The notes beneath the pieces are model-generated. The model had not been told where the DNA came from. It was given only the letters and a program-made list of their open reading frames with translations, and searched no databases. A DNA stretch of 64,000 bases from an uncultured Verrucomicrobiae bacterium (GTDB taxonomy: Bacteria > Verrucomicrobiota > Verrucomicrobiia > Chthoniobacterales > UBA10450), in the NCBI GenBank assembly GCA_963735805.1, contig CAVTMK010000002.1:1568001-1632000 (forward strand), given 5' to 3'. Every line of letters starts with the position of its first letter. Position 1 is the first letter of the stretch. Shown here piece by piece: positions 1 to 9,138 of this stretch. Made by a program: the position numbers and the translations under genes.

Positions 1-353
1 CCAGCGGCCCAGCGTTTCCCATAGCAATTTATCAGCGGCGAATTTTCGAGCCGACATTGATTTAATCCGTTGAAACAACTTCGGTCAGGGACTCAATCAG
101 AACATCCCGTCGTGATTACGCCGATGGTAGTAAGGATGCCTCAGCAATTTCAATCGAAAAGATTGAGTATTCTGCTTCCTAAAATGCCAAACGATTTGGC
201 ATCACTGCGAGGTGCAGCCTTTGAGCGCTATCTAATAATAGTAAGAGATACCGGGGAGTTCCCGTTCGTGGATGCGCGCAGAAAGTAAATCCCGGCTGAT
301 TTTGATAAGCTAGCCGACCCTAAAAGAACACACCTGTCGGTGTAGAAATCCGG

Positions 354-866
354 TCAATTCGAGGATTGGCGTGACTTCCGCGACCGTTTACTCTTTCGGG
401 GCCCAGCGGAGCTCGCCTCACCCCGTAGGAACCGCTGCAGAAGTTGTCGAGCGCGTCGTTCGTTTTGTCGTTCGTTCCACCAACGGTTGGTGCTGGCAGG
501 ATGTGGAAAGATCAAGAACCGGCGTCCGTAAACGCTTATCTCAGCCAGAAAAGGCAAGTCGCGGAAACCGAAGCAGCGCGCGACGTTCTTACCGAGCAGG
601 ACGATCCGCTCAACGCGCCAATCTAATAGGACGTCGGCGGCGTTGACGTTGCCTTTTGCGTGGTCGAAGCCGTTGTAGCGTTTCGAGTTATTGTCCGGGT
701 TCAAATGCTTCCGGCGACACGCGAGCAGTTCGTTGTAACTCATTCCGGCCAACCGCGCGATCTTTTGGCCGTTCGGGCCGGCTAATGGTTTGCGAGGGTC
801 GCCTCGCCGCGATGGCGCTTGACCGACTAGTCCGATCTTGCGCGTCTGGATCTTCTTCCGTTTCAT
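354..866 (-). CDS. Uracil-DNA glycosylase-like protein
   Basis: LVGQAPS (motif A-like), IVLLG and FPHPAS (motif B-like); short, with basic termini. Confidence 0.55.
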   Translation of the reverse strand: MKRKKIQTRKIGLVGQAPSRRGDPRKPLAGPNGQKIARLAGMSYNELLACRRKHLNPDNNSKRYNGFDHAKGNVNAADVLLDWRVERIVLLGKNVARCFGFRDLPFLAEISVYGRRFLIFPHPASTNRWWNERQNERRARQLLQRFLRGEASSAGPRKSKRSRKSRQSSN

Positions 867-1079
867 ATGCTGTCAAGTCACGATTAGATTGCTACCTGAT
901 TTTTGCGAGGCAATCTAATTTCTTTTTGATAGTGACCATCAAGCAAATTTTCATATTCCAAGAACCACAGGCAAACCAATTTCGCCAGGGTTATCTCGTC
1001 GATAGCCGATCAAAAACGTCACTGTTTTCGGACGAAATTTTCGGCATGCAAACTAAGCCTGGCTACGCTTTTTGTCACT

Positions 1080-1580
1080 TCACCGCAAATAATCATGCGC
1101 GTTACGAAGATACAGAACCAGATCGTAGCCTTGACCGCTCGGAAATGGTTTCCCGTCGATCTTGAATCCACAGTCGAACGCGAAACTCCGGACTCGCTCG
1201 TCTGCCCGGGTCGTTGCGAAAATATTCTCATTCTTCACGAAGCCAAGTAGCTCACTGACGATGCGGGTCGAGAGTCGTCGCCCTTGGTACGATTTGGCCA
1301 CCACGACCCAACCCAATTCAACAGGGTATTCGTCTGCTGAAACGGTTGCTCGCGCGTCGACGAACACCTTATTTCGGTACTCTGATCTGGGGTGTTTTAA
1401 CGCGCCTGCTCCAATGAGTTGATTATCTGGCGCGCGAAGAAACAACAAACGAGAAGCGTCACGAATCCGTTGCGTTAAGCCTTGTGGATTAACAGCGCCG
1501 CCTTCGACGACAAGCTTCTCGAAATCGGCTAACGCCTGCGCTGTGCAATCCGAGGGCAGAAATATTGACGAAGTTAGCAT
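1080..1580 (-). CDS. GNAT family N-acetyltransferase
   Basis: ELGWVVVAKSYQGRRLS acetyl-CoA-binding motif; C-terminal GF. Confidence 0.65.
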   Translation of the reverse strand: MLTSSIFLPSDCTAQALADFEKLVVEGGAVNPQGLTQRIRDASRLLFLRAPDNQLIGAGALKHPRSEYRNKVFVDARATVSADEYPVELGWVVVAKSYQGRRLSTRIVSELLGFVKNENIFATTRADERVRSFAFDCGFKIDGKPFPSGQGYDLVLYLRNAHDYLR

Positions 1581-1626
1581 CGCGGTGCCGAGTTACTTCG
1601 CTTTCGAATGCAGACGGCGCGTACAG

Positions 1627-2208
1627 CTACCTTGGAGCGGCGAATGAGCGAAACCGCACGTCGCGCCCAGTTCCATTCCATTCGTCGAATGTTGCGCCGG
1701 CTGTGATCTGAAACTTATCGTTGCCTACCGTGCCGACCACATACGTCTCCCACATGTTGCCGCCGCCTTTGCCGCTCCATTGCCCATACACGAAGCCCAC
1801 TTCCCCGCCGGAATAGATCGGTGTGGACCTCAGCATCTCCTGGGGCAAATCTTTTCCGTCTGTTCCAGAATTCACAGATCGAGAATTATGAACTCCGTTT
1901 GTTTGGGATCCGGAGACTACCTCAGGGGTCCAAAACGCAGCCGGAAAGAAATCCAGCGACACCATGCCGGTTTGAGTCAATGCATTCTCACTTGCCAGCC
2001 AGCCCCCGTCCGACCAGGGCCTGACCGGACCTCTGCGGAATAGAAGAAAGCTGTCGCCCGCACCCGAGATTTTGGGCTGATAAAGATCCATCGCAAAAGC
2101 GGGATCAAAAGCACCAACAGGCCACTCCGGACGGGTCGCTTGCTGCGCTACGGCCGGAAGGCACGCACCGACCAAACCCAGAGCGACGCAAAGCGCGCGC
2201 TTAACCAT
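1627..2208 (-). CDS. Hypothetical exported protein
   Basis: Signal peptide (..LPAVAQ); beta-strand-like C-terminal region. Confidence 0.55.
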   Translation of the reverse strand: MVKRALCVALGLVGACLPAVAQQATRPEWPVGAFDPAFAMDLYQPKISGAGDSFLLFRRGPVRPWSDGGWLASENALTQTGMVSLDFFPAAFWTPEVVSGSQTNGVHNSRSVNSGTDGKDLPQEMLRSTPIYSGGEVGFVYGQWSGKGGGNMWETYVVGTVGNDKFQITAGATFDEWNGTGRDVRFRSFAAPR

Positions 2209-2278
2209 GACCCCAATTCACATCGAAATAATGAGAAGCGCCAGCAAAATTTTCGGCGCGCTTTAACGACGCAACTGT

Positions 2279-3238
2279 TTAACGAGTTAACGACTCCTTA
2301 AAATACTCGATTGTCGTCTTGATTCCTTCCTCGAAATCGATGTGTGGTTCCCAACCGAGGACTTCTTTTGCGCGCGAGATATCCGGTTGACGCACTCTCG
2401 GATCATCGATAGGCAATGGTTTATATTCGATTGCCGATTTTGTTCCGGTGATGCGAATGATTTCCTCGGCGAATTGTTTGATGGTCATCTCCCGCGGATT
2501 ACCGAGGTTAACCGGTTCATGGAAATCGCTCATGGCCAGCCTGAAAATTCCGTCAATCAAATCGGACACATAACAAAACGAGCGCGTTTGTGAGCCGTCG
2601 CCAAACACGGTCAGTGGCTGGCCGTTCAACGCCTGCCCGATGAACGCCGGCACCACGCGTCCATCACGCAACCGCATTCTCGGCCCGTATGTGTTGAATA
2701 TCCGCACGATCCTGGTGTCGACGCGATGATAGCGATGATATGCCATTGTCATCGCCTCCGCATAACGTTTGGCTTCATCGTAAACGCCGCGTGGCCCGAT
2801 CGGATTGACATTGCCCCAGTAATCCTCCTTTTGCGGATGTTCGAGCGGATCGCCGTACGTTTCCGATGTTGAGGCAAGAATGAACGCGGCGTTTTTATCC
2901 TTGGCCAAACCCAGGGTATTGTGCGTGCCCAGCGCGCCTACTTTCAGCGTAGGGATCGGAAGTTCGAGATAATCGATCGGACTGGCTGGGGAAGCGAAAT
3001 GAAATACGTAATCAATTTTCTTTTCCGGCAGAAAAATAAAATTCGAAACATTATGTTTGATGAATCGGAAATTCTCGTTCCCGGCAAGGTGGCCGATGTT
3101 AGCTGTATTGCCGGTGATCAAATTGTCGACGGCAATCACTCGATGACCTTCCGCAAGCAGTCGATCGCTCAAATGCGACCCCAGAAACCCAGCCGCGCCG
3201 GTGACGACGGAAACAGGCTGAGAATTCTTCATGGCCAT
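2279..3238 (-). CDS. UDP-glucuronate decarboxylase family (extended SDR)
   Basis: [33 protein letters not shown]. Confidence 0.9.
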   Translation of the reverse strand: MAMKNSQPVSVVTGAAGFLGSHLSDRLLAEGHRVIAVDNLITGNTANIGHLAGNENFRFIKHNVSNFIFLPEKKIDYVFHFASPASPIDYLELPIPTLKVGALGTHNTLGLAKDKNAAFILASTSETYGDPLEHPQKEDYWGNVNPIGPRGVYDEAKRYAEAMTMAYHRYHRVDTRIVRIFNTYGPRMRLRDGRVVPAFIGQALNGQPLTVFGDGSQTRSFCYVSDLIDGIFRLAMSDFHEPVNLGNPREMTIKQFAEEIIRITGTKSAIEYKPLPIDDPRVRQPDISRAKEVLGWEPHIDFEEGIKTTIEYFKESLTR

Positions 3239-3493
3239 TGCGCGGTCTATCTAATGTCGGCGGCGCAAGTTTACCAGTATGAATTGGTGGACAACGACAA
3301 ATGAGCAATGGTTTCGCCACGTTAAAGCGCTGAACCGCAAACACGACGTAACAGTGTAACCATTTACGAATCACAGGGCTGTCACTCTTATCGTTCGTTC
3401 GTCAATCGTCATTTCCCATATCCGATCTTGCATGATGGCCAACAGCATGTTCGCTTTTCGCCTTAGAACTTGACACCTCACTCGTAAAAATTC

Positions 3494-4474
3494 ATGCGTA
3501 TTCTATCCGGAATTCAGCCCAGTGGCGTTCTGCACATCGGCAACTATTTCGGGATGATGAAGCCGGCTATCGCGCTTCAATCCGAAGGCGAAGCACTTTA
3601 TTTCATTGCCGATTATCACGCGCTTACCAGCCTGCGCGATCCGGAAACACTGCGGGAGAACAGCCGCCGCGTTGCGCTCGATTTTCTGGCGTGCGGACTC
3701 GATCCCGAGCGGGCCACGTTTTTTCGGCACTCGGACGTTCCGCAAGTCACCGAGCTCGCCTGGATCCTGTCGACAGTGGCGCCGATGGGTTTGCTGGAGC
3801 GTGCACACTCTTATAAGGACAAACTCGCTCGCGGGTTGTCCGCCACAGTGGGCTTGTTCAGTTACCCGGTGCTAATGGCGGCGGACATTTTGATCTACGA
3901 CAGCGATGTTGTGCCGGTAGGCAAGGATCAAAAACAGCACATCGAAATCACGCGCGATCTCGCCGTGAAAATGAACGAAACCTTCGGACATTCCAAGCCG
4001 GCCGAGCAGATTTTCAAGTTGCCCCAAGCGCGCGTCCAGCATGCGACAGAAACCGTGCCTGGCATCGACGGTCAGAAAATGAGCAAGAGCTACGGCAACA
4101 ATATCGACATTTTCGGCGACGAAAAAGAGATGAGAAAACGTGTCATGAGTATCGTGACCGACTCCACGCCGGTGGAAACGGCGAAGGACCCGGCGAAATC
4201 AACCATCTTCAGGCTTTACTCGCTGGTTAGCTCCAAGGATGAAATCGCGGCGATGCGCGAGCAGTTTTTAAAAGGCGGAACGGGCTATGGCGATTTCAAG
4301 AAACAACTTTTTGAGAAACTTTGGGAATACTTCGCGCCGATGCGCAAACGCCGAGAAGAAATTCTCGCCGACAAATCGTACGTCGACAGCGTTCTCGAAA
4401 AAGGTGCGACGCGTGCAAATGAAATTGCCGACCAAGTCATGAAACGCGTTCGCAAAGCAGTAGGCCTGCGCTAG
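3494..4474 (+). CDS. trpS: Tryptophan--tRNA ligase
   Basis: SGIQPSG, HIGN, GKDQ and KMSKS motifs. Confidence 0.97.
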   Translation: MRILSGIQPSGVLHIGNYFGMMKPAIALQSEGEALYFIADYHALTSLRDPETLRENSRRVALDFLACGLDPERATFFRHSDVPQVTELAWILSTVAPMGLLERAHSYKDKLARGLSATVGLFSYPVLMAADILIYDSDVVPVGKDQKQHIEITRDLAVKMNETFGHSKPAEQIFKLPQARVQHATETVPGIDGQKMSKSYGNNIDIFGDEKEMRKRVMSIVTDSTPVETAKDPAKSTIFRLYSLVSSKDEIAAMREQFLKGGTGYGDFKKQLFEKLWEYFAPMRKRREEILADKSYVDSVLEKGATRANEIADQVMKRVRKAVGLR

Positions 4475-4530
4475 TGCCCATGCGGGATTAGGTTTCCTTA
4501 GTCAGTTGGGAAAATCTATTTCGGACGGTC

Positions 4531-5400
4531 TCACCGCCCCCGGCCTTGACGAGTTGGTTTAGTCTGCTCCTGGGGTTTGGTCTGAGTAGTTGCAGCACTG
4601 TCGCGGTAAAACAAAACGCCGTGCGCTCTCAAATTGCTAATCAGCGCGTGCAGATCGTTAGCCAACTGCTGGTTGTTCAGGAGAGTCGCCACCAAGCCTT
4701 TTCCTTGTGTTGCGGTGCGAAGGATCTTGCGCGTGTCATCGATCGCATTTTGCAAGTTGTCAGCTGCTTCCTTCGCGGAAGTCATCGTGGAACCCGCCTT
4801 TTCAATGACTCCGTCCAGTTTCTTCGAGGATTCTGCCAGTGCGGTTGTAGCCTGGTTCAGATGCTCCATACTCGCCTTAAGGTTTTGCATGTTCTGGGTA
4901 GAGAGGGTTTCTTGATTCAATTTCTGCACAGTACCGCGAACGTCGGTTAACAGAGCTCCACCTTCTCGCGTGATGTCGTCTATGCCGGTCTCGCGCGCGC
5001 CGCTGACATATGCGTTCGGCGGCAGATAGGCCTTTGGCTGCCCGGGCGGCATCGTCACATTTACAAACCGATCGCCCAGCAAACCAGAACTTCCGACTGT
5101 GAATTTGGTTCCCTCAGGGATCTTAATGTAATCATAAATTTTCAGCGGCACAGCAATGCCACTCCCTTCGCGAACCAGCCGCGGAGCACCCGCGACCTTT
5201 CCAATTCTCGCGCCGGAGAGCAAAACGTCGGTGCCTTTCAAGAGTCCGCTCGCATCGTTGAAGCGAACGGTCAGGGTGTAATAGGCCTTGAAACCCTCTC
5301 CCAGTCTCCCGAATTGCACGAGCAGCGCGCCCAGCATCGCCAATCCCACAAAAACGAAAACACCGACTTTAAATTCCAAACCTCTCTCGTGCCGATTCAT
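4531..5400 (-). CDS. mlaD: MlaD/MCE family protein
   Basis: N-terminal TM helix, MCE domain (SGL..G..V..SGARIGKV; GLLGD), helical tail; operon context. Confidence 0.85.
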   Translation of the reverse strand: MNRHERGLEFKVGVFVFVGLAMLGALLVQFGRLGEGFKAYYTLTVRFNDASGLLKGTDVLLSGARIGKVAGAPRLVREGSGIAVPLKIYDYIKIPEGTKFTVGSSGLLGDRFVNVTMPPGQPKAYLPPNAYVSGARETGIDDITREGGALLTDVRGTVQKLNQETLSTQNMQNLKASMEHLNQATTALAESSKKLDGVIEKAGSTMTSAKEAADNLQNAIDDTRKILRTATQGKGLVATLLNNQQLANDLHALISNLRAHGVLFYRDSAATTQTKPQEQTKPTRQGRGR

Positions 5401-5403
5401 CAG

Positions 5404-5438
5404 TTTCGAACTCTCACATTTCAGTCCTTAACCCTCAA
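5404..5438. repeat. Degenerate heptamer-periodic tract
   Basis: tttcgaa ctctcac atttcag tccttaa ccctcaa at the mlaF/mlaD junction. Confidence 0.4.
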
Positions 5439-6252
5439 CTGGGTTTCCGCGTTGCCCGTCGGATCGTCCGAGGAGAAAATCCTGGATCAGGGGATCGCTC
5501 GATTGCTGGAGTTCGGCCGAAGTTCCGTGAAAATAAATTCGGCCCTTGTGCAGGTAAGCGATTCGGTCGGCCACGTCGAACGCATTTTTCATATCGTGGG
5601 TTACGACAATGCTGGTCATTCCAAACCGATGTTGCAGCCTGCGAATCAGTCGGTTGATGCTGTCCGCCACTACCGGATCGAGCCCAGATGTAGGCTCGTC
5701 ATACAACACACAAGAGGGTCGGCGAATGATGGAGCGCGCCAGACCAACCCGTTTCTTCATTCCGCCACTCAAACTCTCCGGCATCTTTTCTCCCTGTCCC
5801 TCCATTTCCATTACTTCAAGCATCTCCGAGACCTTTGCGCGTAAAACTTTCGGATCGCGCTCGCCCGCTTCGCGCAAGGGAAATGCGATATTTTCTTCGA
5901 CCGTCATGGAATCGAAAAGCGCGCCGCCTTGAAAAAGAATACCAACCTTTTTTCGGATTTCCCCGAGCTGGCGTTCGCTCATTCGGATAATGTCTTGACC
6001 CTGGATCCAAATTTCGCCGGCGTCCGGCTCCATCAATCCGACGATATGCTTGAGCAAAACACTCTTGCCGCCCCCGCTGCGTCCGATGATGGCAAGGGTT
6101 TCGCCGGTTGCGACTTCAAGGTCGATGCCACGTAGAATTTCCTGCTCGCCAAATTTCTTCATCAATCCCCGCACCGCGATCATTGGTGAAGATTTGCTCG
6201 AACCCAAACGAGGCTTATTAGAGGCCTTGGGAGATGTTGGCGCTTCGGTCAT
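5428..6252 (-). CDS. mlaF: MlaF-type ABC transporter ATPase
   Basis: GRSGGGKS, LSGGMKKR, DEPTSGLDP. Confidence 0.88.
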   Translation of the reverse strand: MTEAPTSPKASNKPRLGSSKSSPMIAVRGLMKKFGEQEILRGIDLEVATGETLAIIGRSGGGKSVLLKHIVGLMEPDAGEIWIQGQDIIRMSERQLGEIRKKVGILFQGGALFDSMTVEENIAFPLREAGERDPKVLRAKVSEMLEVMEMEGQGEKMPESLSGGMKKRVGLARSIIRRPSCVLYDEPTSGLDPVVADSINRLIRRLQHRFGMTSIVVTHDMKNAFDVADRIAYLHKGRIYFHGTSAELQQSSDPLIQDFLLGRSDGQRGNPVEG

Positions 6253-6265
6253 CGCAACGCACAGA

Positions 6266-6300
6266 CTCTCAACTCGCCCCTCTCAACTCTCAACTGCGCA
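6266..6300. repeat. Heptamer tandem repeat (CTCTCAA)
   Basis: ctctcaa ctcgccc ctctcaa ctctcaa ctgcgca between mlaE and mlaF. Confidence 0.6.
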
Positions 6301-6303
6301 GTA

Positions 6304-7101
6304 TTACTGATATCCTGCCGGGTAAATGATGTTGAACAACATGGTGAGGAAAAAATTGCAAATTAAAACCGCCAGCGAGGAGTTCACTACCGCTTCAGTT
6401 GTGGCCCGACCGACGCCCACCGCGCCTTCGCGTGTGGTCAATCCTTTCTGGCAACTAATGAACACGATGAGTATTCCGAAACAGAACGCTTTTGACAGAC
6501 CCATAATGATGTCGCGACTGCGGGTCCAGCGCACCATGTTCGCCATATAGTAAGTGCCATTAATGTCGAGCATGAAGATCGCTACGAGATAGCCGGAGGC
6601 GATGCCGACGGCGATGCATTCCGCCACCAGCAAAGGCATCGAGACCATCATCGCAAGCGCGCGCGGCACGACCAGATAATCAATGGGGTAAACCGCCAGC
6701 GCGCGCAACGCATCGATTTGCTCGGTGACTTTCATGGTGCCAATCTCGGCCGACATCGCCGCCCCGACGCGTCCGGCCACCATCAAAGCGGTTAGGACCG
6801 GGGCCAGCTCGCGGCACAGAGACACCGAAACCACCGCTCCGACAGCGGAGCCCATTCCCAGCTTGTTAAATTGGAAAAATGTTTGGGCCGAGAACACCGC
6901 ACCGGTGAATCCGCCCGTGATTATGACGACGAGCTGCGAGAGCAATCCAATCTCGACGACTTGGTTGAGAAACAACTTCCAGCGGAGCTTGTGCGTGAAG
7001 ATGGAACGAAAGGTGTCGGCTGCGAGCAGGACGAGTTCCCCCAGATATTGAATAAAGGAGAGCAGTGGCGCTCCCAGCGCGGTGAAGAATCGTGTCATCA
7101 T
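6304..7101 (-). CDS. mlaE: MlaE-type ABC permease
   Basis: RELAPVLTALMVAGRVG, AEIGTMKVTEQIDAL, GVGRATT. Confidence 0.9.
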   Translation of the reverse strand: MMTRFFTALGAPLLSFIQYLGELVLLAADTFRSIFTHKLRWKLFLNQVVEIGLLSQLVVIITGGFTGAVFSAQTFFQFNKLGMGSAVGAVVSVSLCRELAPVLTALMVAGRVGAAMSAEIGTMKVTEQIDALRALAVYPIDYLVVPRALAMMVSMPLLVAECIAVGIASGYLVAIFMLDINGTYYMANMVRWTRSRDIIMGLSKAFCFGILIVFISCQKGLTTREGAVGVGRATTEAVVNSSLAVLICNFFLTMLFNIIYPAGYQ

Positions 7102-7108
7102 CAAGTCA

Positions 7109-7136
7109 GGTGATTAGTGATTGGTGAACGGTGAAG
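7109..7136. repeat. Heptamer tandem repeat (RGTGAWN)
   Basis: ggtgatt agtgatt ggtgaac ggtgaag just upstream of mlaE. Confidence 0.55.
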
Positions 7137-7225
7137 CTGCAAGGATGTTCTCCAACTTATTGAACAGCGGCTTTTCGCCCGATGCCTGCGCTGCCGGTCA
7201 TGCGGCCACCGAATCCGCCCCTCTT

Positions 7226-7489
7226 TTAAATGTTTAATGGCTCCGTCTTTGTTCTCGGCCGGAGCTCGGGCGGAATGGCGCCGATGAACAAAGGCTCCAG
7301 TCCAAGCTTAAGAAAAATCGCTCGAATCTCACGCAGGCTCAGCGTCGGTCGGTCAAGCTCGAGATATACAAGATCGTGGTTCGTATCAACTTTGTAATAA
7401 AGACCTGCAATTGGCTCGAGCTGAAGATCTAGCTCCAGGATTTTGTTCAAGTCACGCAAACCCCGAGCATACACTTCCAGTTCGATCAT
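7226..7489 (-). CDS. Hypothetical protein
   Basis: ATG start, globular-looking 87 aa, co-directional with the mla operon. Confidence 0.6.
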   Translation of the reverse strand: MIELEVYARGLRDLNKILELDLQLEPIAGLYYKVDTNHDLVYLELDRPTLSLREIRAIFLKLGLEPLFIGAIPPELRPRTKTEPLNI

Positions 7490-7592
7490 AATAGCCGGAA
7501 GGTAGCGGGCCGGCCGTGTCAGCGCAATTCCTTAGCGTCTTGTTGGTTTGCGCGGACCGCAAAGCTGCGATACAAGATGGGCAACTGAAAGA

Positions 7593-8087
7593 ATGAGACG
7601 TGTCACTCGCTTCTTGCTCGCAGGCATTCTCCTGCTTGGCGCGGCGTTTTTCGTCGGTTGCGAAACGGTTCCGCAGGGCATTCAGCAAGCCAGACTTGAT
7701 ATGGCGCAGAACATCGCAGCCGAACCGACTGGCGATTATTTCATCGGGCGACGCTATTACAAACCCGATTACAAATTCTGGGGCTACGTGCGACGTCCGG
7801 GTCAACCCTGGAGCACGGCAGAATTAGTGATGTTGAATGAGAAGCAGAAGCTTGCTCCGGACCGCGAGCATCTCGATTTCGGAAGCGACAACAACTACGA
7901 ATACAAGCTCTACGGTTACTTTAGTGGTGACAAAGTTTATGAACCTGCGAGCAATTCAATTTATCCCGAGTTCGTTTTGAAAGGGTACCAACTGATATCC
8001 ACGAACCCGCCGCCAATTTTCAAAAGCCAATTCCGTGGACACGCCACCGCGGAAGATCTCCGTTACGTAGTAGAAAAACCGGAGTGA
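7593..8087 (+). CDS. Hypothetical lipoprotein
   Basis: ATG 7593, MRRVTR plus hydrophobic stretch, lipobox FVGC. Confidence 0.75.
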   Translation: MRRVTRFLLAGILLLGAAFFVGCETVPQGIQQARLDMAQNIAAEPTGDYFIGRRYYKPDYKFWGYVRRPGQPWSTAELVMLNEKQKLAPDREHLDFGSDNNYEYKLYGYFSGDKVYEPASNSIYPEFVLKGYQLISTNPPPIFKSQFRGHATAEDLRYVVEKPE

Positions 8088-8099
8088 TCCTTTCCTTGT

Positions 8100-8196
8100 T
8101 GTCATTCCGAGCGAAGTCGAGGAATTTCTCATTGTCGCTTTCGGCAGGCGGAACATTTAAACAGCTGGAGATGTCTAGACTCAGCTCGACATGACA
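8100..8196 (+). repeat. Palindromic TGTCAT...ATGACA element, copy 1
   Basis: tgtcattccgagcgaagtcgaggaat ... gagatgtctagactcagctcgacatgaca; imperfect inverted arms. Confidence 0.85.
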
Positions 8197-9099
8197 GAAG
8201 GCGCCCACACCTCCGATAAGAAGGATCCTCTAGTCGAAGAATTCCTGCGCTATCTGGCAAACGAGCGAAACGCTTCGCCGCGCACCTTGAAGGCATATCG
8301 CCACGCGTTGACTGCTTTCCGCGCAGAAACCGATACGCCATGGAAAAAATGCAGAGCGGACGATTTTCGCGATTACTTGTTTGCTATTTCGAAGCGCGGA
8401 CAGGCGCGTTCGTACGTACGATTGCAGTTCTCTGCGTTGCGCACGTTTTATCAGTTTCTGGCAGCCCGCAAGGGACTGCGCGGTAATCCTGTCCAGGAGG
8501 TACAATTACCGAAAATCGAGAAGAAACTTCCATTGGTCCTCACGCGCCAGCAGGTTGAAGAACTTCTAGCTGCCCCGACACGCGAGAGTAAAAGCAAATC
8601 TGCCCCAGCCTGGATGCCTCTGCGCGATGTCGCGATTATGGAATTGTTCTACAGCAGCGGATTGCGGTTGAGCGAACTGGCTGCGCTCAATGTGGCCGAA
8701 GTAGATCCTTACACGGAATCGGTCCGCGTATTTGGCAAGGGTCGCAAGGAGCGGGTGTGCCCTGTCGGTTTGCCCGCATTGGAAGCGATTTCCCGTTATC
8801 GCGCTGCGGGCAACGTGCATTCGGGACCGTTGTTCATCAACAAGGGGCTAAGGCGAATATCCTCGCGTTCGATCTGGCTGGTCTTAAAGCGCTATGTGCG
8901 GCATACATCAATTCCCATTTCGATCAGCCCGCACAAACTACGGCACAGTTTCGCAACCCATATGCTCGACCGTGGCGCCGATCTACGCAGCGTTCAGGCA
9001 TTACTCGGGCACGCCAGCCTTTCCACCACGCAAATCTACACTCACGTGACAACCGAACGGTTGAAGAAAGCCTATGCGGATGCTCATCCGCGGGCATGA
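8191..9099 (+). CDS. xerC: Tyrosine recombinase XerC/XerD
   Basis: SGLRLSEL, GKGRKER, HKLRHSFATH, LLGH..LSTTQIY. Confidence 0.88.
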   Translation: MTEGAHTSDKKDPLVEEFLRYLANERNASPRTLKAYRHALTAFRAETDTPWKKCRADDFRDYLFAISKRGQARSYVRLQFSALRTFYQFLAARKGLRGNPVQEVQLPKIEKKLPLVLTRQQVEELLAAPTRESKSKSAPAWMPLRDVAIMELFYSSGLRLSELAALNVAEVDPYTESVRVFGKGRKERVCPVGLPALEAISRYRAAGNVHSGPLFINKGLRRISSRSIWLVLKRYVRHTSIPISISPHKLRHSFATHMLDRGADLRSVQALLGHASLSTTQIYTHVTTERLKKAYADAHPRA

Positions 9100-9138
9100 T
9101 TTGAAGGTGCTCGATCGAGTCGGCGAGCTGAAAAATTT

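Noticed and set aside
70..288. 72-aa plus-strand ORF
   Set aside because: TTG start, no recognisable motif, at the window edge; cannot be supported.
3470..3493. TTGACA upstream of trpS as a promoter
   Set aside because: No -10 element at a workable spacing before the ATG.
8191..9099. Tyrosine recombinase as an integron or phage integrase
   Set aside because: Size and motifs fit housekeeping XerC/D; I see no IntI-specific insertion, and it lies 55 kb from the attC among core genes.
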